Shown here: positions 40,079-49,001 of the stretch, one piece after another
Numbering within the stretch: position 1 is the first letter of the stretch
Layout: each line of letters begins with the position of its first letter
Source: Spirochaetota bacterium
Lineage (GTDB): Bacteria; Spirochaetota; UBA4802; JAFGDQ01
DNA length: 64,000 nucleotides
Direction of reading: 5' to 3'
Assembly (NCBI GenBank): GCA_043803405.1
Contig: JAZDKB010000043.1
Location: forward strand, 22,143 to 86,142
The notes under the pieces: generated by a model
The model's database searches: none
Seen by the model: only the letters and a program-made list of their open reading frames with translations
What the model was told of the DNA's origin: nothing
Translations under genes and position numbers: made by a program

Positions 40079-41662
40079 ATGAAAGATTTTCTTGAGAAAT
40101 CGTTAAAAGTAATCCTTGAAGCATCAAAGACCGCAGCGGAAAAAACCGAACTTGCTAATTCCTTCCCGGATATCGCATCGCAGCAAACTCTTGTTTCACT
40201 TGTCGAATCTAAGCTTAAAAACCGGAAACTTATACTTGCATCTAACAGGGAACCCTATGTCCATATATATAAAGGCGAAAATATATCATGGTTTCGCTCT
40301 GCCGGAGGTTTGTCCGTAGCGCTGGATTCAATGGCTTCAGCCTGTAACGCAACCTGGGTTTGCCATGGCGACGGCAATGCGGATTTTAAAATGACCGACA
40401 GTAAGGGTGAAGTAAAGGTCCCGCCGGATAATCCTAAATATACTTTGAAAAGGATAAGGCTGTCTAAACAGGAAGTCGCGGAATACTATGAAGGGTTTTC
40501 GAATGAAACCTTGTGGCCTCTCTGCCACGTAAGTTATGTAAGGCCGAAATTTATATATAAATACTGGTTAACTTACCAGGAAGTAAACAGGAAATTTGCA
40601 AAAGCTATTCTTGAAGTAGCGACTTCCGACAGCATAGTATTTTTGCAGGATTATCATCTTTGCCTTGTTGCCAAATATCTAAAAGAAGAAATCCCGAATT
40701 TGACAACAGTGCTGTTCTGGCATATCCCATGGCCTAATCCTGAAATATTCAGGATTTGCCCATGGAAAAATGATATCCTTGAAGGTCTGCTTGCAAACGA
40801 TATAATAGGATTTCACCTGAAATATCATGCCGATAATTTTCTTGAAACTGTGGATCAGGAACTTGAGTCGCGCATTGACAGGGAAAGAATGCATATTGAA
40901 AAGAATCTGAGGCGTACAAGGATAAAAGCATATCCGATATCAATTGATTTTAAATCTATTTTTTTACAGGCAGAAGATTCCAAAATCAAGGAAACTTATA
41001 CTCAGAAAATGACCGAGTTAAGGCTAAAAAATGTTAAAATAGGGCTGGGGGTTGACAGGCTGGATTACACAAAAGGGATCCCTGAACGTCTTGATGCAAT
41101 TGAAAGGATGTTCGAAAAATATCCCGAACATGTAGGAAAGTTTACTTATGTTCAGATTGGCGTCCCAAGCCGGACACACATAGAAGATTATCAGTATGTA
41201 GTGAACGCGATTGAAACAAAAATATTACAAATAAATGAGAAATACAGAACCGATGAATGGGAGCCTGTAATATTTTTAAAGGGTCAGTATGATTTTGATG
41301 TTCTTGTCCCTTTCTATAAAATGGCGGATGTTTGCATAGTAAGTTCGCTTCATGATGGGATGAATCTTGTAGCAAAAGAATTTATAGCTGCATCCAGCAA
41401 TGACCGCGGGGTGCTTGTGCTTTCAAGCTTTACAGGGGCCGCACGGGAGCTTGAACACGCATTGCTTATTAATCCATACGATACTGAATCATTTGCAGAT
41501 ATACTGAATACAGCTCTTACCATGCCATACGAGGAGCAGAAAATGAGGATTGCCCGTATGAGGTTAAGAGTAGCAGAAAATAACATTTATACATGGGCTC
41601 AAAAAATTCTGAATGATGTAGTTATGCTGGCTGAGGATAATGCCGAAACTCTGCAGCGATAA
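40079..41662 (+). CDS. otsA: Trehalose-6-phosphate synthase (GT20)
   Basis: SNREP, QDYHL, HIPWP, VDRLDYTKGI, DGMNLVAKE. Confidence 0.93.
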   Translation: MKDFLEKSLKVILEASKTAAEKTELANSFPDIASQQTLVSLVESKLKNRKLILASNREPYVHIYKGENISWFRSAGGLSVALDSMASACNATWVCHGDGNADFKMTDSKGEVKVPPDNPKYTLKRIRLSKQEVAEYYEGFSNETLWPLCHVSYVRPKFIYKYWLTYQEVNRKFAKAILEVATSDSIVFLQDYHLCLVAKYLKEEIPNLTTVLFWHIPWPNPEIFRICPWKNDILEGLLANDIIGFHLKYHADNFLETVDQELESRIDRERMHIEKNLRRTRIKAYPISIDFKSIFLQAEDSKIKETYTQKMTELRLKNVKIGLGVDRLDYTKGIPERLDAIERMFEKYPEHVGKFTYVQIGVPSRTHIEDYQYVVNAIETKILQINEKYRTDEWEPVIFLKGQYDFDVLVPFYKMADVCIVSSLHDGMNLVAKEFIAASSNDRGVLVLSSFTGAARELEHALLINPYDTESFADILNTALTMPYEEQKMRIARMRLRVAENNIYTWAQKILNDVVMLAEDNAETLQR

Positions 41663-41664
41663 AA

Positions 41665-42468
41665 TTGAATAGAATAATGACTGAATACCTTTTTACATCT
41701 GATGCTTTAAATAAAGTAATTGAATCGCTGAGGATAAAGCCAAGAATACTTGCCTTTGATTTTGACGGAACACTGGTTCCTATTGCGGATTCGCCGGCAG
41801 GAGTCGTATTGCCCGTAAAACTGCCATATCTTTTAAAAAATCTGTCCGGGGACAAAGATACTGTTGTTTCAGTTATAAGCGGACGAAGCGTTCCGGAACT
41901 TGAAAGGATAATCGGGATACCGTCTATTATCTATTTCGGCAATCACGGGATTACATCCTCAATTGAGGAATTCGCGGCAAGCAAAGCGGATTTGCAAAAA
42001 TGGTCGCAGGAAGCTTTTAAGATTTATCAAAACCTATCATATCTTGAACAAAAATATAATGGATGTTTGATTGAAAACAAAGGGCCAGTTGTTTCAGTAC
42101 ATTATCGTAAAGTCGATGCTGCTATAATAGAGTCATTGCTTTTTGAAGTGGGAAAGATCGTTTCGGCATTTGATTTCAAAATTCAGAGCGGTAAAATGGT
42201 GTATGAATTAAAGCCGATGACCGGTTTTTCAAAAGGAACCGCACTTTTAAAACTCGCGACAAGCTCATTTGCCGGCTGGAGAAGAGGTGATCCATTTTTA
42301 TTTGCGGGTGATGATTTTACAGATGAAGACGGATTTAAGGTCATAAAAGACTTTGGAGTAAAAGCATACGGATTAAAAATAGGAGATGGAGAGACAACTG
42401 CGGACTATAGATTGTATGATGGCGAGATTTTAAAATTAATTGAAATGATTTTACAGGAGGAGTTATGA
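41665..42468 (+). CDS. otsB: Trehalose-6-phosphate phosphatase (HAD)
   Basis: DFDGTL, ISGR, GNHG, HYR, GDDFTDED. Confidence 0.92.
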   Translation: MNRIMTEYLFTSDALNKVIESLRIKPRILAFDFDGTLVPIADSPAGVVLPVKLPYLLKNLSGDKDTVVSVISGRSVPELERIIGIPSIIYFGNHGITSSIEEFAASKADLQKWSQEAFKIYQNLSYLEQKYNGCLIENKGPVVSVHYRKVDAAIIESLLFEVGKIVSAFDFKIQSGKMVYELKPMTGFSKGTALLKLATSSFAGWRRGDPFLFAGDDFTDEDGFKVIKDFGVKAYGLKIGDGETTADYRLYDGEILKLIEMILQEEL

Positions 42469-43163
42469 ACTTTTCATTTGATTCGATACTCGAGCCTCTG
42501 CGTTCAGTAGCTAACGACTTGTTATCATTCCTTCCGAAAATTATTGCAGCTGTGGCTGTTTTAATTGTGGGGTTTATTACATCATGGGCTTTAAAAAAAT
42601 TGACACTTCTTGTATGTAAAGCTCTTAAACTCGATAAAAAACTTTCGGATATCTGGATTTTCCGGCTCTGGTCAAGAAATAATATTAAGCATTTGCCCTC
42701 TGAAGCTTTATCCAATTTTATTTATTACTTTTTTTTATTTGTTTCCGCTCTGCTTGTTGTAAAGATTCTGGGCGGCAAAACAAGCGAGATGATACTTGAT
42801 TCCATGTTTGTAATAATACCCGGCGTTTTCAGTTTTATGCTTGTTCTTTTTCTGGGGTCGCTTCTGGCCATGTTTTTATCTTTTGTTGCACAAATTATGT
42901 TCACTACATCCAATATTAAGTACCCGTCATTCTGGGGAAAAGTGGTAGCATGGAGCATTTTTGGGATCGCCGCTGTAATTTCTCTGGAACATCTTGGAAT
43001 AGCCGGCAAACTGCTGTCTTTTATATTTGTGCTTGTACTGTCTATTCTGGGAGTCGCAATCGCTCTTGCTTTCGGACTGGGATGCAAGGAGCTTGCGCGT
43101 GAATTCCTTATTGAATTATTAAAAAAGAATAAAACAGAAAACGAAAAGAAAAAGAAAGAATAA
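42465..43163 (+). CDS. MscS-like TM-helix membrane protein
   Basis: FLPKIIAAV and ALAFGLGCKE TM-helix motifs; no cytoplasmic MscS cage domain. Confidence 0.7.
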   Translation: MNFSFDSILEPLRSVANDLLSFLPKIIAAVAVLIVGFITSWALKKLTLLVCKALKLDKKLSDIWIFRLWSRNNIKHLPSEALSNFIYYFFLFVSALLVVKILGGKTSEMILDSMFVIIPGVFSFMLVLFLGSLLAMFLSFVAQIMFTTSNIKYPSFWGKVVAWSIFGIAAVISLEHLGIAGKLLSFIFVLVLSILGVAIALAFGLGCKELAREFLIELLKKNKTENEKKKKE

Positions 43164-43252
43164 AAATCCGGCAAATAAGCAATTGGGAATGAATATAAGT
43201 TGACTTAATTTTAATCCAACAAATAAAAAACAAGAAAAAATCTGAAAAAATC

Positions 43253-43289
43253 TTGACGATTTTTGTATATTTTGCTATATTACCAAATA
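43253..43289 (+). promoter_or_regulatory. hgcA sigma-70 promoter overlapped by a putative ArsR-family operator
   Basis: TTGACG (43253)-N17-TATATT (43276) with extended -10 TG; imperfect palindrome TATTTTGCTATATTACCAAATA at 43268-43289. Confidence 0.7.
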
Positions 43290-43311
43290 GACAAATATAG
43301 GGAATTTTTTT

Positions 43312-44505
43312 ATGATACCGATAAAAATTGTTGATGGTCGCAGCGGGAAAAAAAACGTACAATCCTGCTGTGAGAATACTCAAAGCAGCTGTTCGCAGCC
43401 AGTCGATACAAGTACAAAAATTCAACTGCCTTTACATTTTGAAGCTATAGAGAAAAAACCTGAGTGGGTGTTGAGCATGGTTAATACGCCTGCAGGACAG
43501 ATTCCGCTGGTAAGCCCGGAATGGTCGAAGGCAGATCGCCGGGGATGCTTACGTTCGCGGCTCGGAGCTTTCCGCATGAGTTACAGCATACAGCCGGGCC
43601 TGTATGCGATCGGGTCTCCGGATGCCGGTTCGGACGTGTTCGTAAGCGCGAACTACAAACTGAGCTTCGATGTGCTGCGACGCAGTCTTGACGGATTAAG
43701 CGGATGGATTCTTGTGCTCGACACAAAAGGGATTAACGTATGGTGCGCCGCAGGCAAGGGCACTTTCGGTACAAATGAACTTATAAAGCAAATTATAAAT
43801 ACGGGGCTTGCTAAAATTGTTTCCCACAGAAGAATTATTGTGCCTCAGCTTGGAGCAGTCGGGGTTAAAGCTGCGGAAGTAAAAAAAGAGACCGGTTTTA
43901 ATATTCTGTTCGGACCGGTTGATGCAAAAGACATTAAAGAATATCTGAATTTAAAATATAAAGCATACCAGGAAATGAGAAGAGTAAAATTTTCCGTATT
44001 TAAAAGACTTGAGCTTACGCCCATTGAACTGTATCCTGCTCTTAAAAGATTTCTGTGGGCTGCGCTTATAATCCTTTTACTGTTTGGATTTGAACCAACA
44101 GGAATAATATTCCGGACTGCCTGGTTAGAGGGATGGCCATTTCTTTTGCTGTGCTTTGTGAGCATTCTTACAGGCGCATTTATTGCGCCTGTGCTTCTTC
44201 CGTTCATTCCGTTCAGGTCTTTTGCAATAAAGGGAATAATTACAGGATTGACAGCAGCGATACCGCTTGTGTATTTTAGTCCCGTATTCGGATATGATTC
44301 CGGTTTTGTTAAGGTATCGGCTGTGTTGCTGGCAGCTACCTTATCTTCATATCTGGCTTTGCAGTTTACCGGTGCAACCACATTCACAGGTATTTCGGGC
44401 GTAAAAAAAGAACTCAAACTGGCTTTGCCGCTTTACATAGCCGGAATAGCTATATCGGTAATTTTAATAGTGATTTATAAAATAAAATCCTGGGGTATTA
44501 TATGA
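43312..44505 (+). CDS. hgcA: Mercury methylation corrinoid protein HgcA
   Basis: Cap-helix motif GINVWCAAGKGTFG, ANYKLSFD, C-terminal TM helices with FTGATTFT...GVKKE; followed by hgcB. Confidence 0.96.
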   Translation: MIPIKIVDGRSGKKNVQSCCENTQSSCSQPVDTSTKIQLPLHFEAIEKKPEWVLSMVNTPAGQIPLVSPEWSKADRRGCLRSRLGAFRMSYSIQPGLYAIGSPDAGSDVFVSANYKLSFDVLRRSLDGLSGWILVLDTKGINVWCAAGKGTFGTNELIKQIINTGLAKIVSHRRIIVPQLGAVGVKAAEVKKETGFNILFGPVDAKDIKEYLNLKYKAYQEMRRVKFSVFKRLELTPIELYPALKRFLWAALIILLLFGFEPTGIIFRTAWLEGWPFLLLCFVSILTGAFIAPVLLPFIPFRSFAIKGIITGLTAAIPLVYFSPVFGYDSGFVKVSAVLLAATLSSYLALQFTGATTFTGISGVKKELKLALPLYIAGIAISVILIVIYKIKSWGII

Positions 44506-44804
44506 CTTATCTTAAAAGCGTAACAACGCTTGTTTATGATCCCGGAAAATGCACAGGCTGCGGTCGCTGTATTGAAGTTTGCCCGCGCGAAGTATTCGTG
44601 ATGCGCGACAAAAAAGCTGCGGTCACAGATAAAGACCGGTGCATGGAATGTGGCGCGTGCGCACTTAACTGCGAATTCGGCGCGATTACGGTAAACGCGG
44701 GAGTTGGCTGCGCAGCTGCAGTTATCCACAGCATACTTAAAGGCGGAGAGCCCGTATGCGGGTGCAGCAGCGAAAGCAGCGCAGGCAATGCCTCATGCTG
44801 TTAA
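44502..44804 (+). CDS. hgcB: Mercury methylation ferredoxin HgcB
   Basis: Two CxxCxxCxxxC motifs (including CMECGAC), GVGCA, terminal CC; ATGA overlap with hgcA. Confidence 0.95.
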   Translation: MTYLKSVTTLVYDPGKCTGCGRCIEVCPREVFVMRDKKAAVTDKDRCMECGACALNCEFGAITVNAGVGCAAAVIHSILKGGEPVCGCSSESSAGNASCC

Positions 44805-44816
44805 AGGAATAAAGCT

Positions 44817-45170
44817 ATGGCTACGGGAAAAAAATTACATCCGCAATATGAGGCGCGTGCAAATATAATTAAGGCGATCGGTCATCCGACAAGGCTTTTT
44901 ATAATTGAAGAGCTATATAAGGCTGAACATTGCGTTAACGAGCTGACGAAAATGATAGGCTCCGATGTTTCAACTGTGTCCAAGCATTTAAGCGTACTTA
45001 AGAGCTCAGGGCTTGTAACAGATGAGAAGCGCGGAACAAGCATCTATTATAAACTCCGTACGCGATGCATTATTGATTTTATTGATTGTATTGAAACAGT
45101 TATTAAAACAAAGGCTGAGGATGACATGCAGATCGTACAGTGCTGCGGGAGAAATTTTAAAATAAAATAG
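44817..45170 (+). CDS. ArsR/SmtB-family transcriptional regulator
   Basis: KAIGHPTRL, CVNEL, STVSKHLSVLK HTH; extra Cys residues (RCIIDFIDC, QCC). Confidence 0.9.
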   Translation: MATGKKLHPQYEARANIIKAIGHPTRLFIIEELYKAEHCVNELTKMIGSDVSTVSKHLSVLKSSGLVTDEKRGTSIYYKLRTRCIIDFIDCIETVIKTKAEDDMQIVQCCGRNFKIK

Positions 45171-45275
45171 AATAAAAAACCGGTTTTATAATTATTGTAA
45201 TGTAGTGTTTATGCAATAATACAATAAACAAGCTTATTCATAAGCGAAAACAACAAATTATTAAAGGAGTTTAAT

Positions 45276-45593
45276 ATGCTGGGAATATCGGATTCTGCCG
45301 TAAAACAATTTAAACAAATTCTTGAGGATTCGAATGCGTCCAAATCAGGAATACGTATTTTTATGTCCGGCCAGAGCTGCTGCGGGGTTTCATACGGCAT
45401 GGGCATAACTGAAAATGGAGACAAAAACGACCAACTGCTGGAAAAAGATGGTCTGAAAATTTTCATTGATTCTGTAATTTCCGAAGGCCTTTCAGAAGCA
45501 ACTATCGATTTCAATCAGCAGGGCTTTGTGATACAGGGAAATCCTTCATCAGGATGCTCATCGGGATGTTCATCCGGAGGATGCTGTTCGTAA
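45276..45593 (+). CDS. HesB/IscA-like protein with a Cys-rich tail
   Basis: ISDSAVK...GIRIF..SCCG.SYGM...DGLKIFID; C-terminal GCSSGCSSGGCCS; AAGGAG RBS. Confidence 0.85.
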   Translation: MLGISDSAVKQFKQILEDSNASKSGIRIFMSGQSCCGVSYGMGITENGDKNDQLLEKDGLKIFIDSVISEGLSEATIDFNQQGFVIQGNPSSGCSSGCSSGGCCS

Positions 45594-45749
45594 ATAGTGA
45601 AAAACTAATTACTCTGGTAATATTATACGGTTTTCAATATAATTTAGAGCAGTTTAGAGTAACAAATATTATTTCATCGGCTACTATTATTCAAAAATAA
45701 AATAATATAAGCTGGAGAAAACAAAGTGAATACTGATAGGAGATTAGTT

Positions 45750-46076
45750 ATGTCGCCGCAAATAAATCAGTGGGTTCGCCCTGCCTGAGACCGCCCGGAA
45801 GGCTGAGACCACTCAGCTGATGAATACCGTGTAGTATTCTTCCCGGACGGGTCAAAGACAGGACTAATAGGTTTAAACGCTTTATTTGAAGACGCTTACT
45901 TTGAAGGCAGGAAACCGGATAAGCTATTAGCAAAAGAAATAGTAAAGAAGCTGTCCGAAAGAAATTATGTTCCTCCGAACAGCATAAATGAATACGAATA
46001 TATTGTTAATAGTCTCTATGAAGAATATTTCGAAGTAAATGAACGCAATAAAAAGGATGCCTTGAAAGAGAAGTAG
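45750..46076 (+). CDS. Putative 108-aa selenoprotein with two in-frame UGA (Sec13, Sec19); not in the ORF track
   Basis: AGGAG RBS 7 nt before the ATG. MSPQINQWVRPA-U-DRPEG-U-DHSADEYRVVFFPDGSKTGLIGLNALFEDAYFEGRKP...RNYVPP...EKstop. The frame stays open for 89 codons after the second TGA, and a hairpin GAATAC-CGTGTA-GTATTC follows it. Confidence 0.7.
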
Positions 46077-46168
46077 TGTCAAAATAAAAGGACAAAACTT
46101 TTTATATAGTATAAAAATAAAAAATTAAATGTTCTATATTGCAGTAAAAAATTACTTTTTGTTTTTAG

Positions 46169-46190
46169 TATTTTGCTATTTTGGCAAATA
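46169..46190 (+). promoter_or_regulatory. Second copy of the putative ArsR-family operator, upstream of the ArsP-like permease
   Basis: TATTTTGCTATTTTGGCAAATA, 19/22 identical to 43268-43289. Confidence 0.65.
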
Positions 46191-46294
46191 GTAATTATAA
46201 AATCCACCGGGCTGATTATCTCAATTGTGTCAGGCCGGGATAAAGGAAAGGTAATTTCTATAAATGATTAATCTAAAAGCAAGGATCTGAAAAT

Positions 46295-47299
46295 ATGTTT
46301 ATATTCGGGTGGTTAAATAATCAGCTTTTAAGAATGGAATGGCTATCCAGCCTGACGAAAATACTGGTAGAAAATGTATTTGGTCTAAGTATGTCAGAAA
46401 GGATTGGAGGCAGCATACATTTTTTTATATATGATGTTATCAAAATATTTATTTTATTATCTGTATTGATATTCTGTATTTCATACGTGCAAAGTTTTTT
46501 TCCGCCCGAGAGGACGAGAAAAATACTGGGAAAATATAATGGCCTAACGGCCAATATATTTGGTGCGCTATTTGGAACAATAACACCTTTTTGCTCTTGT
46601 TCTTCAATACCTCTTTTTATAGGGTTTACCAACGCAGGACTCCCTATAGGTGTTACCTTTTCGTTTTTAATATCCTCTCCCCTTGTCGATCTGGCATCGT
46701 TAATTTTAATTGCCAGTATATTCAACTGGAAAATTGCGATTGCTTATGTGTTTGTTGGGCTTATACTTGCTGTTATTGGCGGAACCATTATAAGCAGGGC
46801 GAAGCTGGAGAAATATGTAGAGCCTTTCGTTTTCAGTAATAAAATGGCAGATATAGAGCAGGAAAAATTGACTGCCAGGGACAGAATAAATTTTGCGAAA
46901 GACCAGGTAAGGGACATTGTAAAAAGAGTCTGGATGTATATCCTCATAGGAGTCGGGATCGGGGCTGCTATTCATAACTGGATTCCTGAAAGTGTGATTT
47001 CAATGGTGCTTGGCAATGATAAATGGTATTCAGTGCTTGTAGCAACAATCATAGGTATTCCGATGTATGCTGATATATTTGGCACTTTGCCTATTGCAGA
47101 AGCCCTGGTTTTAAAAGGAGTAGGACTTGGAACAGCATTATCTTTCATGATGGCAGTTACGGCGCTTTCACTTCCTTCAATGATCATGCTGAAAAACGTA
47201 GTCAAAACAAAATTATTAGTAATATTCTTCGGCGTTGTATCAATTGGAATAATAATCATTGGATATGTTTTTAATATTTTTGGAAATTTGTTAGTGTAA
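46295..47299 (+). CDS. ArsP/DUF318-family permease
   Basis: TPFCSCSSIP, FLISSP, GIPMY, ALSLPSMI. Confidence 0.88.
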   Translation: MFIFGWLNNQLLRMEWLSSLTKILVENVFGLSMSERIGGSIHFFIYDVIKIFILLSVLIFCISYVQSFFPPERTRKILGKYNGLTANIFGALFGTITPFCSCSSIPLFIGFTNAGLPIGVTFSFLISSPLVDLASLILIASIFNWKIAIAYVFVGLILAVIGGTIISRAKLEKYVEPFVFSNKMADIEQEKLTARDRINFAKDQVRDIVKRVWMYILIGVGIGAAIHNWIPESVISMVLGNDKWYSVLVATIIGIPMYADIFGTLPIAEALVLKGVGLGTALSFMMAVTALSLPSMIMLKNVVKTKLLVIFFGVVSIGIIIIGYVFNIFGNLLV

Positions 47300-47401
47300 C
47301 TTGAACTAATAATAACTTGTTAAAATGTATGTAAATATATCCGGCTGACAATCTGTCTTAGGAAAGCGGATAAAAGAAATAAACTAATAAGGGGTAAACT
47401 C

Positions 47402-47635
47402 ATGAAAAAAATAGAAATTCTCGGGACCGGTTGTGCTAAATGTGAAAAGCTTGAAGATCTCGTCAGAAAAGCCGCAGGTGAAATTGGTGTTGATGCCGAA
47501 ATTATTAAAGTTAAGGATATTAAAAAGATAATGGAATATGGAGTCATGACAACGCCTGCGCTTGTGGTGGATGGTGAAGTTATGGTTGCGGGAAGAGTGC
47601 CATCCATCGAAGATGTAAAAAAATATATCAAATGA
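47402..47635 (+). CDS. Small redox-active disulfide protein (MTH895/TM0996-like thioredoxin)
   Basis: ILGTGCAKC, GVMTTPALVVDG. Confidence 0.9.
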   Translation: MKKIEILGTGCAKCEKLEDLVRKAAGEIGVDAEIIKVKDIKKIMEYGVMTTPALVVDGEVMVAGRVPSIEDVKKYIK

Positions 47636-47730
47636 ATGAGTCCGGTTGATAGCTCAATAAAAAAACTTGTAATTTGTATTGAATATAAATTGAATATTGC
47701 AGGTATATAATTTTTAGAGGAGAGTGTTGT

Positions 47731-48258
47731 ATGAAGTCTTTAAAAAGGTTCGCAGTTTTTTTTGTCATAATCGCCTTTGCCCTTATAGCTGGCAACGTAG
47801 AACCCGATCATTCATCTAAATGCGGCTTCGAAACATCATTCCCATTTTCTCTTTTCACAAAAATATTTGAAACTGCGGCGGAGAGTCCTGCCGGCGATAC
47901 TCACAGACATGAAACAGATGGAGCAGCTTCCCTTCTGGGCGCTGTTGCATACGCGCAGAAAAAAGCCGCGAATATAAAAGTCACGTTTATTGAACTCGGT
48001 TCGGTCAACTGCATTCCGTGCAGAATGATGCAGCCTGTAATGAAGCAGGTTGAAGAAAAATACAGCGATCAGGTTAAAGTCATTTTTTATGATGTATGGA
48101 CGGAAAATGGACGACCATTTGGGCAAGTATACAAAATCAGGGCAATTCCCACGCAGATTTTCCTTGATTCTAATGGAAAGGAATACTTTCGTCATGAAGG
48201 ATTTTATCCCTTTGAGGAACTTGAAAAAATACTGAAAAAGGGCGGCGTACGCCGATGA
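47731..48258 (+). CDS. Exported thioredoxin-family protein
   Basis: Signal peptide; ELGSVNCIPC; IPTQIF...RHEG. Confidence 0.85.
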   Translation: MKSLKRFAVFFVIIAFALIAGNVEPDHSSKCGFETSFPFSLFTKIFETAAESPAGDTHRHETDGAASLLGAVAYAQKKAANIKVTFIELGSVNCIPCRMMQPVMKQVEEKYSDQVKVIFYDVWTENGRPFGQVYKIRAIPTQIFLDSNGKEYFRHEGFYPFEELEKILKKGGVRR

Positions 48259-48974
48259 TACTTGATTTTTTCACAGCGCTTTCGAACATGCTTTCTTCTT
48301 CACCCGGTATAGCGCTTACGGGATCAGTTCTATGGGGCATAGCGAGCATAATACTGTCTCCGTGCCATCTCGCAAGCATTCCGCTCGTGGTCGGCTTTAT
48401 CGATAAGCAGGGGCAGATAACAACAGGCAGGGCGGCAGCGATATCCAGCCTGTTTTCCTTCGGCATTCTTATCACAATTGGACTGGTAGGCGTGATTACA
48501 GGCATACTTGGAAGAATGCTGGGCGATGTTGGGCAGTACGGAAATATCGCAGTGTCTGTTATTCTGATAATTATAGGCATGTACTTGACGGGCATTATCC
48601 GCCTTCCTTTTCTTGAAAACGGAATAAACCAGCCCGGCTTTAAAAAGAAGGGCCTTATTGCGGCATTTTTTTTGGGTCTTATATTCGGGCTCGCGCTGGG
48701 GCCCTGCACATTCGCTTATATGGCTCCGATGCTTGGGGTTGCATTTAACGTAGCGTCAACAAACCTCGGTTATGCTGTGGCGCTTGTTGCTGCGTACGCA
48801 TTAGGGCATTGCTCGGTCATAATAATCGCGGGAACATTTACCGAGACTGTAAATCACTTGCTCCGCTGGAACGAAAACTCAAAAGGCGCGCTTATTGTTA
48901 AAAAGATATGCGGAACCCTGGTGATCATAGCAGGCATTTATATGATGATAACTTCAGTTAGAACATTTTATTAA
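48255..48974 (+). CDS. ccdA: CcdA/DsbD-family transmembrane electron transporter
   Basis: LSPCHL and GPCT in a multi-TM protein. Confidence 0.85.
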   Translation: MILDFFTALSNMLSSSPGIALTGSVLWGIASIILSPCHLASIPLVVGFIDKQGQITTGRAAAISSLFSFGILITIGLVGVITGILGRMLGDVGQYGNIAVSVILIIIGMYLTGIIRLPFLENGINQPGFKKKGLIAAFFLGLIFGLALGPCTFAYMAPMLGVAFNVASTNLGYAVALVAAYALGHCSVIIIAGTFTETVNHLLRWNENSKGALIVKKICGTLVIIAGIYMMITSVRTFY

Positions 48975-49001
48975 ACTAAAACATGCTTAAACGAAATATT
49001 T

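Noticed and set aside
45786-45806. Genome-wide UGA reassignment (genetic code 4 or 25) as the explanation for the TGAs
   Set aside because: TGA ends ribH, lptB, hgcA and other genes at expected lengths, and long genes have no internal TGA.
45748-45933. Minus-strand 61-aa ORF in the track
   Set aside because: Antisense shadow of the + strand TGA-containing ORF; no recognisable features and opposite to the cluster orientation.
47633-47635. Sec readthrough at the TGA stops of the small thioredoxin (and the ferritin-like gene at 15321)
   Set aside because: Both proteins are already full-length for their families and the downstream frames are not protein-like.
46206-47660. Short CCGG-YTGA-like motifs at about 46207, 47341 and 47642
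   Set aside because: Too short and degenerate to support as a repeat or operator without a genome-wide count.
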